Below, piece by piece: positions 14,281-27,992 of a DNA stretch of 64,000 nucleotides. The translations under genes and the position numbers were made by a program. The DNA lies in the NCBI GenBank assembly GCA_021613535.1, contig CP075495.1:13268001-13332000 (forward strand), written 5' to 3'. The DNA comes from Adineta vaga. Taxonomy: Eukaryota > Animalia > Rotifera. The stretch's first letter is position 1. The number at the start of each line of letters is the position of its first letter. The notes under the pieces are model-generated. The model did no database searches and was not told the origin of the DNA. It saw only the letters and a list, made by a program, of their open reading frames with translations.

Positions 14281-14553
14281 GTATAATTCTTTTTTTTCTT
14301 TCTTTCTCTCTTTGTTCTGTTTTCTTTTGTTCGTGTCAGATTCACATATATATTCCATTTTATTGCCGTTGTGACATATTGAATGAATCTCTAACTCTCA
14401 CTTCCATTTATCTATTATTCATATAAACGAATATTTTTTGTTTTGTTTTCATCGTTGTTGTTGTTGTGCGTCTATGTGTTTGTTACTCTTGGAATGAATA
14501 TATACATATAGCTCATATATTGATTTATGGTTTGAATGAAATATAGTTGACAT

Positions 14554-15411
14554 CTATTGATAATTTGATATTAATGTATCAAATATAAGTTCAATTGCTG
14601 ATGTAATTATTTGACATTGAGCATCATTTAAAGTTCTTTTCTTTTCCAATGGATATTTAGATATTGACATACATGGAATAGTAGTAGTTGTTGCATTACT
14701 ATTGAGAATCATGGGAGATTCACATAAATCTTGAGATAAAATTGAAAAACAATTTCGATATTTTCGACAAATAGTACAATCATTTTTGTTCGAGATTAAC
14801 TTAGGACGTTGCTTCTGTCGTCTTCGTTGCTGTTTTCTTGTTGATGAAAGATGTATGCAAGTAAGACTATCATCGGATAGATTTCTTTTATTTTTCCGTT
14901 TTAGACGAGATAGGGTCTTTTTCTTTTGATTTATATTTGTTATGGAGAAAAATTTATTAACGAGACGATGAATAAATGTACCTGCTTGAGAAGGCACTGT
15001 CGGAAATTGAATTGTTGATGATCTTTGACGAAGTAATATTGAATCTTCAAGGAAAAGAATACTATTTAGTTTAACATGAATTATTAAACTTTTCTTAGTT
15101 ATCAGTCATGTATGATTCGATAAGAAATAGATGTAGATTGAAAACTTACCTTGTGGAATATTCGCTATCGGAAAATGTGTTGTAACTAATTGATTATTTG
15201 AAAACTTTTGGTAATTAGTATTGATGGATTCTCCTGATTGTTGCACAGAATAATTGTACAGTCGCTTTCTCGATAGAATATTATTTCCAGATCGATATTT
15301 CGAAATATTGTGTGATTTTTCAGGAGGCAAAAGCTCAAGTGGAATAGATAATGATGTTGTTTTATGATGATGTAAATGAGTATCACTTGCTGCTTTTGTG
15401 AGTGATACCAT
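14554..15411 (-). CDS. Hypothetical basic protein, 2 exons (15411-15150, 15044-14554)
   Basis: Two ORFs join in frame through a GTAAGT...AG intron. The product has K/R-rich NLS-like tracts and no family I recognise. Confidence 0.55.
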
Positions 15412-15978
15412 TGAAAATGCAAATTAAAAAAATGAGATGATTTTTTTATATATGTGAAGCGGGAAATGATTTGTTATTAAAATAGTCTACAATAGCAACA
15501 GATATGAAAGACCATTTTCAGTATATAGTAGTAGTTTAACACGTTTTATGATTGTGCCGAACTAAATTAACAAAAAACTTGACTTTCTTCCAAGGTATTC
15601 AGCACAGAAATAACCGATTACAATCAAACATGAAATCATGTAGAATCAATAGATCCTCATTCACCCTTTTACATATAATCTCGCTGATATTTTTCATTGG
15701 CAAAGTAGTGTGAACATTATCGGCAATCATTGTTGAAGAATATCACAAAAAAATATTAAAGTAAGAATAATGCAAGTGTACACATACAAAATGTATGTAC
15801 TGTTTTATCTTAATTGTTCATTAGTATTTTATCTCTGATATATCACATCAGAAATATTTCGATAGTGAAGAAGTCATTTTTCAATCTTCACTAAATCTTA
15901 CTATTGAACATGATCAATGAATGAGTTCAATGAAAAACATGATATTAATTGTGGTAACCAAACTGATAGATATTTATT

Positions 15979-16428
15979 TCACTTACATAAACTTTGACTA
16001 TGTCCTTTATATTTCATATTATAAGCACTTCGAGCGAAACATTCTGCAACAATTTTATCACATACACATGTTTTATATCCACATGTATCTTTGTTACCAG
16101 CACATGTTACGAGACCATTGTCGTAATTCCATGAATAACCAACTAAATGTGGTGAACATAAATTCCAAAATTGTAGGTATGTTGAAGTATCAGCATAACA
16201 TTTATCATGAACTTGACAACATTTATCAAGATCATCGACTGGTTTTCCTTTACCACCCAGACCACAATGACAACCATAACCAAGATAATCAAATGCTGAT
16301 CGACCAGTGACTTTACTAATCATTTCCCGAAATTCGAATGCAGCATTTCGACTTTGAGATAATTCATCGGTAGGTATCGATGAAATACTACTAATAATCA
16401 ATGTAAGAACGATCAGTTTAGATAACAT
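15979..16428 (-). CDS. Secreted phospholipase A2 (group I/II/X-type fold), intronless
   Basis: Signal peptide MLSKLIVLTLIISSISS, Ca-loop YGCHCGLGG, active site CCQVHDKCY, second motif CVCDKIVAECF, 12 Cys. Confidence 0.93.
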   Translation of the reverse strand: MLSKLIVLTLIISSISSIPTDELSQSRNAAFEFREMISKVTGRSAFDYLGYGCHCGLGGKGKPVDDLDKCCQVHDKCYADTSTYLQFWNLCSPHLVGYSWNYDNGLVTCAGNKDTCGYKTCVCDKIVAECFARSAYNMKYKGHSQSLCK

Positions 16429-17374
16429 TTCTGTTGAAAATAACAATCAATCTGTCGATCATATATATATATATATACTTACGTAGAAACAATCAGATTC
16501 GAAAGCAGATGTTTCCTTTTGTTAAACGTACTCACAAGCAACACCTACATTATTGACGTTTGATAATATTTGATACTTTAGATTTCATATTAGTGTTTGA
16601 AAAAAAAAGACACTTATTTTTGTATTCGTACGGTTTGAAAACGTAATACGAAGATTAAAAGTGTTAAACTAATATAAAAAAATAATAAAGGATTATATTT
16701 CCAGACCACAATTGAATTAGAATATAAAATTGAGAAAAGCAAATCTACGCCGGTAAAAACTATTGATACATGTATGCGTTAAGTCCCAATATTCATCTAT
16801 CTTTCCAATCACTTGCTTTGATAACTTTCAACTGCGAGTTACAAAAGATTTAGTTAATCACTATTTTACGAAAACATGCTTGTACTTTGGAAGATCAATT
16901 TTTTCGTATTTAAATCAAGGTCATTACTTCAGTTTACATGCAAATAATAGGCTACATTCGTAAAAAAACAACAGTACGTGTGCAACATAACGAAAACGTA
17001 TTGAGTAAAATCAAATAGGCACCTTAATGAATGAGCGTCATATCTTTTTACTGACATGTTTGATATAATTGAAATGATTATAGAAACCGTTTACAATATG
17101 AAGTATTTCTAATTGCGTTTCTTGAGCATCATAGTAGATGATCTTATGATAGGTTAAATCAATGATCAAACTTCTGTCATTTCATCTGTATTTCGATGAT
17201 TTCTTACAATCAGAGAAAGTTTGTTTCTTATCTAACAAAATACACTATTGATCATCATAGAGGTCGTTAGACAATTGAATTCATTTTTATTGGATAAGAG
17301 TAAATACAACTTACACATCTCTCAATAGTATAGTAATATTTTGTGTTTATTCTAATTGATATTCAAATTTTCCA

Positions 17375-17876
17375 ATGAATCGTTCGGATCCAGATACAGA
17401 TAATAAAGTTCGATCATCAATACGTTTTTTAAATGAAACAATTCAATATAATGCTAATGAGCCATCCTTAGCTCTCTTTCGAATTCAAGTAAACTAACAT
17501 AAATTCGAGAATTTTCGAACTGATCAAACCAATTTTATTAAGGAACATGTACATAAAACACTTCCAGCAATGATACAAAAACGAATCGAACTTGAAAATT
17601 TACAAGAACAAATGAATGGTCTTGTTTTTGATATTGAATATGGAATGGAAGCTGTCAAAGATTTAGGAACTAGTGTTGATCATGTTAATGTAAGTGATTT
17701 TCGAGTTTTTTTAAATTGATATGAAATTGTATTCTTTTTTTTGATAGAATATTGTTACATATCTTGAAAAAGCACGTCATATTAGTAAACAAATCAATTT
17801 ATTTCGACAACAACAAGTTCAACAACAATTATTCGAGAAAAAAGATGGACCCTTATTATCTTCGTTAAAGATTTAA
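17375..17876 (+). CDS. BORCS8: BLOC-1-related complex subunit 8 (MEF2BNB family), 3 exons
   Basis: Manual translation contains ANEPSLALFRIQ|EHVHKTLP...DIEYGMEAVK, matching the BORCS8 signature ANEPSVALYRLQEHV. Not in the ORF track. Confidence 0.88.
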
Positions 17877-18002
17877 GAAGAAGAAGAAAATTTTCTTTAT
17901 TTGTTTTTTATCAATAAATTCTCTTTGATTCTTGATTGATTTTCATACTTAATTGTTAATTATTCGATACGTTTTTTTTTACTATAGATTTAGCGATTGA
18001 AT

Positions 18003-20391
18003 ATGCCGTTTATTAGTGGTAATAGCCAAATGCGTCGAGTAGGCATTGTTTCTACATCAACAATTGCAGCTATTGGTAAGAAAATAAATGAATCAAATTT
18101 ATCATTTCTTTATCGTTCATTTCGTATAATAGGCTTAGTCTATTTATTATGGAAAGTATACAATCGTCGTACAAATGGACAACAATCCAATCGAGCACCA
18201 TTAACGAGAGCACTATCCGTCGATGGTAAGCTGTTAGAATCCTTCAAAAATGTCTCACTCATTTCATTTAGAATGGGAAAATGCAACTGACGTACCAACT
18301 AGAGAAATTCTTCCAACTCCTCAACAACTCTATAAACATGGCCTTGAACATATGAATATTTCAATTGATTATTGGCAACGTGCTTTAACATTTATTGATT
18401 TAAGTTTATCAAATCAACCAGATTTAATTCAACAAGATGATACAATAAATCGAAATCGTCTAAGTGAATTAAAACAAAAAATACAATTTTTATTAAATAA
18501 AATTGATGTTAATTCGAATGCAAATGAATTAGCGTTGTTAGTTGAACAAGAACAACAGCAAATCAAGTCAACTTCTGAAACATTACCACTTCAAAATAGT
18601 TCTATTGGTACTAGTTTAGTTATATTAAATCGAAGTGAATCAACACGTGTTCAACAAGAATTACAAACGATTTTAAGTGTACAATCAGATTTGAATACAT
18701 TCAATGATCGACGTTCACTTCGATCGATACGTTCAACGGATAGTTTCGAAAGTTGCCCTGATGTTAGTAGGAAAAGAAAAAGATTCATTCTTATTTTCTA
18801 ATATTATCTTATTCATTTTAAAAATAGGATGCTGAATGGCTTGATACAGGTGATCTTATCTTTGATCCATCATCGCCGTATTATTCTTTACCACCATATT
18901 ATGTATATGGACTTCGTTTAGCCGAAAAAAATCAAGTACAATATCGCAAATTACGAACAAAACTTCTTCATTGCTCTTCCGATACAGATTATTTAGCAAA
19001 ATTATCATGTATACGAACAGCTTGTGATGTTAGTGAGATTGTTGGATATGAAAATGATATTATGATTTATTATTTTTGTACTTTTCAGGAAATACTTGGA
19101 AGTGAAGAAAAGAAAGATTATTTAAAACGAGTTGCAAGAGCAATTTGTGAACGTTTTCTTGAAAAAGCATCGAAAGTATGTCAACAGAAAATATCCTATT
19201 AATTAAAATCGATTTTCTATTGAACAATCGTATCTTATGCGCTTTCGAACTAAAACAAATGATATGATTATTTAGCTTTTCTTCTACATGTGCTCCTAAG
19301 ATCATTAGTAGTGCTTCAATTAATCACATATCTGTAATTAGTCATGAAATTGAATAGATTTGCATTAAACATATAAAAATTTCTCGGGCTATAGAAATGT
19401 TAATAGTAATAACTAAATTCAATCAAAAATAAAATATCTACTTTGATTAAGCATTGCGTGACACAAAATATATCTCTACTAGTAACTCCCTAGAGAGTAT
19501 GAACATATATCAAGATTTTTTTTGAATACCTATTTCTGTGCTCATAAAAAACACATATATAATTCTTTTTATTTTAGGATAAAACACGTTTTATTCGAGC
19601 TTTTGATCAAATGAATGTACTACTTGCTGATGAACGTCATTGGACAATGATTAGCGAAGAACTTGCTTCAGCAGGCGTAAATTAAAATGTTATTTTCTTT
19701 TCAAGAATTATTCGAACATATTTTTTTTTCATTCTTAGGTCAAACATCCAACTGTTTATAATGTTGGAATTGATTTTATGTTATTAGAAGGTTTTGAAAT
19801 CTTAGGTAAAAGAAAACATCGTTCTTATGAAGTTTTTCTAGTCTACATTTTACTCTTATAGATGCACCACCATCAGCAATACGTACAATATTACAAAATC
19901 GTTGGTTATCAGAAGCATTTCGTGAACAAGCATTGAATAAAGCTGTTTCATGTGCACTGAAAGTTCGACGAGCAACAGCAAAAGTAATTGGAAGAGAAAA
20001 GTATTGAAGAAACTATTTCTCGAAACATTATTTTAGCATCAAGATGGTTTTTTGACGACATTTTTAACGCTGATCGAAGATATGACACCTGTTTTTGCTT
20101 GGGGAATTCTTGGACCTGATAGTGCTGTTAGACCAATGTGCACATTCATTAAAGTAAAACAGATTTGTATAATTGATTTAATTATAAATCGAAATTTTCT
20201 CGTTTTAGGACGCCGTTTTAGACTTTGCTCGTTCATTATACGATATTAAACGAACAGATTATACATCATTAACAAATTTAACAAACGATATTGATCGACA
20301 GATGAATAATTTATTAAGTACTCTTGTTAAAGAAATGAATGTTGATCCATCTGTTCTATTATATCAACAATCCGTTGTTCGTTTTAATTGA
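18003..20391 (+). CDS. MIGA: Mitoguardin (FAM73/MIGA family), multi-exon
   Basis: N-terminal TM segment, then TPQQLYKHGLEHMNISIDYWQRAL, RKLRTKLLHCSSDTDYLAKLSCIR, APPSAIRTILQNRWLS and PVFAWGILGP, all characteristic MIGA blocks. Confidence 0.88.
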
Positions 20392-20692
20392 AAACAATTG
20401 TTTTATTTTCGATCTAGTCGATTTCTATTTATCACGAATAATTCATGTGATATACATGTATTTCTAATCTCGCTGTAGATTCTTTTGTTTACCTTCGATG
20501 AAGAAGTATTCTATTTTGTATTTAATAAAAAGAAAGAAGAAATAAATATACATCTTCCTATTGATATAAGGAAGAACGAAGATAAAATCTGTTCATTATA
20601 GAAAGAATTGATTTGTTTGTTTTTTTGCATTTTTTCCTATACATATCATCACATATATATATATATATTGTGTAACGATGATAATCTGACAA

Positions 20693-23600
20693 TTAACTTG
20701 AATCATAAAATTCACTTTCGACTAATTTCTCTCGAAATAATTTATACCAAGCTAATGTTAATTGTGTTAATGTGAGATTATCCAGTTGAATAAATGCTTC
20801 TCCAATACATTGATTCTTTTCAAATTTACGTGCACGTTGCCAAACTGTAACTTGTAAACGACGACCTAAAATGGATGACGTTTTTTTTTATAAATCAATT
20901 TCTAAGAAGAAAATTCGATCTATTACCCATTACATTACAAGCATTATAAGTTAATTTTGCATGATAATCAGGATTATAACTGGCTTTGATGGTGGCTGTT
21001 TTACGTTTTTGTACACGACGTGTACCCGTTCGTAAATATCTAAATATGAAGAAGAAGAAGAAAAAGAAGATTTAGTTTGAAAAGCTTTATATTCATCATA
21101 GATTTTCGCTCATTAATACTAATGTTTTGTTCTAATATTCTAATGAAAAAGAAAACTAAGAATTACGTTTTAACATAAGTATCAGGCGGATTATCTTCTG
21201 TCGCTGTTCCATTGGCATTATTATCATCAATAACTTTTTGTAAACCTCTTGCACATATAATATCAATTTCAAGAAGACCTTTTGTTACAATTAAACCAAG
21301 TTGAACTTGTCCCATATGTATTAAATCATTGATCATATTATCATAATTTCTCGGTGTAACTTGTCCAGGACCAACTGTATGTGTTTGAACATTACTATTT
21401 TCATTATTTTCATCAGATTGTTGTAATTGTTCGGAAAATGTAAAATATCTATCAATATCTTCATCACTATCACAATACGATGCTGCCGATGATTTTCTTG
21501 AACCTGATATTGATGAATGACGTGATGTTGGAATATATGGTAACATTAATTGTCCAATAGGCATTTGTTGTAATGGTACTGGACGTATTAATGGTGACTG
21601 CGGTGCATCATCTTGATGTGTTGTAGATACAATACTATGTCGCGGTGATTTACTAATAATTGCAGCTGGATTATCGATATTAATATTAATAGGTGATTCC
21701 ATTTCTTCTTCACTATCCATATGCATTGGTATTTGTATGGATGGTTTTCTTGCTGTTGGACTTTGTGGTGGTGATTTTGATATAGAATCTGTTGAACGTT
21801 TTGTGTGCGAATCAAATAATTTTAAAATACCTTTTGATATTCGACGTTTAAGTTTTTCTGATTGTATAGTAATAATTGATTGTCGTCTTGGTTCTTGATA
21901 GTTTGTTTCTTTTTTATCATTTTCATTATTATCATGATCATGATCATCAGTATCATAATTCGCAGCAGTATTTGTCATTGCTGTTGTTGATGATCCCGTT
22001 GTACCGCCAATACTAGCACGTTGTAAATTTTTTCTATTTGGTGAATAATTCATTATTTGTATAACTGAATGTTTACGTTTTGTTGACGGTGATTCGGATT
22101 TCATATCACGTTTACTATTTGCGGAACGATTTAAAGCACGAATTAACAAATCTGTTGATGATTTTGTACGATCTTGTTGTTTAATTGATTTTAATAATGG
22201 TGGCATTTTACGAAAACTTTCACTACTTTCTGCTGATGAAGATTTAAATGTTACACTTGATGCTGATGCTTTACGTGTTTGACGATCACGTAATTCATAC
22301 CATCGAGGTTCATCTTCAATATTAGCTTCATCTAATGGTAATTGTACCATACCAATAAATTCATCGGTTTCATCAATACTACTATGTTTATTCTTTGTTT
22401 GAGTTGGTTGTTTTTTATCCCAAAGAAGAACTTCAAGTAAAAGTACATCAACTGTTTCAACTTCATGAAAAACAAATGTTTCATTATAAGTTGGATTTGA
22501 TGCATGAATTACTTTGGTTTCAAACATGTCAAAACCTCGATCTTCAAATAACATTTTACCGGTTATATATGCATAAGGTTGATCCCCATTAGCTCGTAAC
22601 GGAAGATTACTTGCTTGAATGATTGTCAAAGCTAATTTCATATCTTCGACATCATGCCATATTTGAGCTGGAAATACAAAAAGAAAATATCATGATAATT
22701 CAAAACCGGAATAAAGATAATATCAAGACATATTAGAAGATTCTGATGAATAGGAAAAAAAATGGAATATCATGAAATAATATAGAATTTCGTTGACCTT
22801 CGATAATTTCTCATTTCTTCTAATATTTGAACTTTTTCGAACAGCAAAAAGATTCTAAGTACAAAATAAACATGACAGTATGCTCTCGTCTCAATTAGGA
22901 TTTATGCATCAATAGAATCAAAATGTCTTTCATAGAGTTCATTAAGAATAAAAACAAAAAAATAATTACAATTATATTTCGTCAATAGAACACTTCTGAA
23001 AAAATTATCTACATTACGAACCATATTTGTTTTTCTCTTGTGTCATGCATGACATTTCTATGAGAAGCTATTTTAATTAAAAGAAATCGAATAACTTACC
23101 TAATAGACGTCCACGATTGATTAGTATTGGTTTAAGTTCTTTAACATTAGGTACTTCTAATGTTTCGACTGTTTCATATAATTGTCGTTTCGGTTGTTTT
23201 GGAAATGAGGATGAAAGAGAAGGTGGTAAGGGTGGTAAATTACGACGTTTTCGTGTTAATGATGATGATAAACGTGGAACAGTTTCAAAATGTCTTGAAA
23301 CTTCCATTGATGATAATGTTTGTCCACCATTGATTTGTAAACGAACATTATTATGTTGAACAACTAATTGAACAATATCACCACAATGATCTTGAAGAAT
23401 TCGTACTTCTTCATACGTTGAATCAATTAATGAATTACCATTAAATTCAAGAATTTGATCACCAACTTCAATATTACCTTGAACATCAGCTGGACCACCG
23501 GGTAGAATATTTGTTACAAAACATCCTAAAAGAATCCAATACACAGATAATTAATCAATAGTTTCTCATTGAATCCATACCAAGACTACCATCTTCACAT

Positions 23601-26600
23601 TCTTGTCCACCAACAATGCGCATACCAAGACCATTCGTTCGTATTGATGTATCACTTTTATCTCGATGAAGTAAAATTCGATGTGGATTCGATGGTGGTG
23701 TTCGTGCACGTAATTTTGAACTTTCTTCTGCATGTAGATAGATATTTTCACATGTTTCAATTGTTTTTCGTCGATCACCACTGGATGCATTCGTTGTAGA
23801 AGATGACATTGGTAAGCCTAATGTTGATGCACCATTTGGTGTTTGTGTTAGAGCAAATTCAGCTTCAGGATTGCAACCATAATAATAATCTTCGGATAGA
23901 GTTTGTCGTCGAAGCTTTGGTGGTTTACTTGACAAAAAAAAACAAATAAAGAGAATATTGGTCAAAAAAAAGATTTTCTATTTACCTAAGAGCGATTTCA
24001 ATACTATTATCTTGTCGTATGATTATTTTTCTTGAAACTTTCGGTATATGTTCACGTTCAAGACTAATTGAAAAATTGTTGCCTTGCTGTTGTTTATTAA
24101 TTTTCGAATATAACATTCGTCGTCGAACAATATCAGATAAATCGTGTGCTTTACGTACAATACATGGATAATCTAATGAACGTTGTGGTAAAAAACTATT
24201 ATTAACAATTAAAAAAGATTTTTGTCGAGTCAAATTTGATACATCCATTGATTTTGCATTTTGTGTTTGATGTGTATAGGATAATTTTGAATGTAGAGAA
24301 CGACTTTTCAATGATGATTCTGAATCAATACTTTTCGAACGAGTTGAACGATTACTAAACGAATTTTCTCGTAATGGTTGATGGGTATATGGAGTTGGAG
24401 AATAAGATAATGGTGTTATAGTAAAATCATCTGTAATTGTATCCTCATTAGAAGAATTCAAAGGAATTGTATTATTATCACCGGGAATTTTTGGTAGACG
24501 TCGTGATGAACGTCGTCGACGATTTAAATCATTTGGTATTGGATTAGGCGAAATAGATCGTAAAGGATTGCTAGTATTTTCTTGTGAATATGTCTCTATT
24601 ACAGAACTATTAGTCATGGCAGAACTTGGTAGAGAATTAACATTATTCAAAAGATAATAATTTTTTTGCTGTTTCGTAGTATTCGTTGCTTGCTCTCTAT
24701 CTAATGTCATTGTCCATTCGTAATCTCGTTGCATCAATGCTCGTTTACGTGCCCATGAATCTGAATTCTTTTGAGACGATCGACTTGCTCGTCGACGAGT
24801 ATGATGTTCTGTTGCAGCTACATCCATTGATACAGATTCATTTTCTATCAAAACAGCATCTGTACTATGATTTGATACAGCATTTGTTAACATTGAACCC
24901 GAAGAATAATCCATAGCCTATTACATAAAGGAAACTTTGATTTTATGTTTTGATTAATTTTTCGAAGAAGTGAAGTGAAAGAAAAAGAAATAATTCTATG
25001 GATAAATAATAGATGTTAGGAAGAAAAAAAGAATACATTAGAGACTATTTCTTATTTCCATATTCTTAAATGGCGTGAATGCTTTTCATAGCCGATTGAC
25101 AGGTGAATATGTATAGCATTTCTTGTATGTCTGTCTTTTCTTTTCTCTAGTCAACTGATGACTAATTATAGTGCGGAAAAGAATCTTAATCTTAATCTTA
25201 AATGATTATTTAAAACAAAAAATAGAATAAGAAATAACTATGACGAATCGTATCATTAGTTGTTCTTCTTTGATATTCGATTTTTCATGCGTAAATATTC
25301 TTCCATAGAGAAGATTTTTTTTTTCATAATCTTCTATTTATTTGTTCGTGCATATAGTTCCCATTTTTTTCTCGATAAGAAAGATGGCAAGGACAAAAAT
25401 AACTAATCCGAGAAAAAAAATGCTAAGCATTCATTTACCTAATGAGTATATTTATCTCGAAATATCACTGATATTTAAATGTATTCAGATAATTGTTGAA
25501 GATGACTTTTCACTTACCATACTAACATCGATACTAGCTTCCGGTGAAGGAAAACTATCACTATGCTGTTGCTCAGTAATTCGTATTGGTAATGATGATA
25601 ATTGTTGTGTAAATGGTCTCATTGGTTTCGATGTTAAACTTAGTCTTCGATGTCGTTCATCATACGTTAATAGTTGTATACGAGAATTTTGCTCTTCATC
25701 TTGATCATCAATTATACCCGGATTACTACTATAAAGATTTGTTTCAAAACTTTGAGATAATAATTCACTAGCTGTATCAAAAGGATGTTCAGATGTTGTA
25801 TCCTCAAATGATGGATCTGTCACTGTACTCGATGTTGTCGGTTGAGTTTGAAGAGGCGGCAATGATGGTGGTGGTGCATTTGACATTGATGATGATTGTA
25901 GAGGTACTTGATTAGAAGTAGAGTTTTTTGATGATACTTCACGTATGAATGACATACGATGACTTAATACAATTGGTGATGACAGATTAGGAGATGAATC
26001 TAATGATATAGATGTTTCAGGTATATGATCGAATGATAATGGAGAAGTTTGATCTCGTGATTGAAGAAAATTCGGTGATGGAACCGAATTCGATGTTGAT
26101 GGACGCCATAGGCGAGCAAAGAAATTTGATGATTCAGTAAGAATTGTTGATTTACGTTCATTTTGAGGTGATGGTGATGGTGTTGTCGATGCTGATGTAG
26201 AAGTAGCTGATGCTCGATAAGCAGCTAGTTTTTGTAATAGACGTACTGGTGAATGATTTGATGTTTCATCTTCGACCATATTCCATGTACCTCGAAAAAG
26301 ATTCATTTTCGTCTCGTTCCGTAATCAAATACGTCAAAACGTCTCAGTTGGAGGAATAGATAAAAAAAAATGAAACTATAAATGATGAGACTTTTTTTTC
26401 TCTATGAAAGCAAAAAAGAAAAGAGAAAAAGAAACGGAAAAATATAATTATTTGTTAGAAAAATGAATTAATTTCAACTACTACTCATAGCAGCTTTTTT
26501 CTTCTACTTTTTTTCTCTTTTCATTTCTTATTTTATTAAACATCTAAATGTATATATGCATAACGTTTTGATTTTGCAATCAATCTTTTTTTCTTCTTCT

Positions 26601-27129
26601 TTTGATTAGTCCTTATAGTCAAACACGTACCAGATTTCCGGACAACTTCACGACGTACTATACACATACGACAACGCCATTTCGTAGCATGTGTTTGATT
26701 TTCTAAATGACTTCCATAGTATGGTTGAACAAATTCTGGTGAGGTATAATTTCCACATCGACGGCAAACAGGACGATGACAATCAGCACAAAGAATAGGC
26801 GGTGAAAAACTGGAAATATTTGAGAGTGCTTCAACAGTAGAAAAACAAATATAACAGTGAATAATATCTGATGATGTTAAAATGGATTGAGTTTGTTGAA
26901 TTGGTGACGAAAGGGTTCGTGGTCGTTGTTGATCATTCTGAATAGTTTGTTGAAGATGTATCATTGTACGACGTAAACCAGATAAACGTTGTGTTTGTTC
27001 ATGTTCAATAAGAACTTGTTTTTCAAGGACAAATTGTAATTGGTCAAGTTCTTCAGACGAAAGCGAAGAAAAATCCGGAGATGAGTTGCGAATTATTGCT
27101 CCTGTCGGTGATGTTGCCTGAGGGTGCAT
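20693..27129 (-). CDS. RIM/Unc-10/Fife-like presynaptic active-zone protein (Zn finger-PDZ-C2A-C2B)
   Basis: Zn-finger exon (CxxC pairs, WRCRMC, SG|TW after splicing), PDZ (NGLGMRIVGG...GGPAD...GDQILEFNG), C2A (21163-22641 ORF), C2B (LEIDIICARGL...PDTYVK) and RxLPxxP motifs. Stop at 20693. Confidence 0.85.
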
Positions 27130-27246
27130 GCTGATGCGATTCGACAGCTACGTCACACCCACTTGATAACATCAACATCAATATGCCGCAGTTATTGCCA
27201 GCACTCACTCATACACGAACGAGCTTCATTCGTCGCTCTCTTGTTT

Positions 27247-27312
27247 TCTCTCTCCCCCTCTCTCTCTCTCTCTTTCTCATTCTTCCTATTTTCCATTTCT
27301 CTCTCTCTCTTC
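27247..27312. repeat. CT-rich imperfect microsatellite upstream of the RIM-like gene
   Basis: (CT)n runs are directly visible. Confidence 0.7.
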
Positions 27313-27992
27313 CTCTAGTTCTTTCCCCTTTCATTACTCGGTCTTGGAACATAATTTGAAAAAAAATTCTCTTTGTGAGTGACGCACGGCATCGCTCTCG
27401 AAAGAACTGAAAAGATCCTTTTTTTTCCTCGTTCCCGTGTTCTGAAACTGGTGGTAGTACTTGTATATGTGTTCATGTCTGGTGAACATGCATGCACACA
27501 ACATTGACACACAAGATCGAACGCTTGCTATCTCTATTTTCTTTTCTTCTTCGGTTTTTCTTTCTTCTTCAAATAGAAGAACAAATGACATGGAAGAAAT
27601 AGAAACAACATTTGTAGTAAATCCTAGAAAGATCTTCATTCTTTCTTTTCCTTTGGTCTCAATCATAATGCATGCAGGCGTCATATGTTATTCATTGAAA
27701 GAAGATTAGAACAATTGTGCTTATTAACGCAAATAATCTTATCAGATCATAATTCTATGAAATAAGAGTTATTCATTCAAATGAAATTAAATATGCAGAT
27801 ATTTAAGAAATAAATCGAGAGACTCTAATCTAATTAGTAGAATATTATGTATCTCAATTTACCAATAAGAAGAAAGGGTACTGATATGAATATAAATATA
27901 TGTATGTCATGCATGACTGAATAAAAATAGAGGACAAATAAAGACGGCGGCGACAATGACGAAGAAAACCTGTCACTTGACTAGATAGAAAA

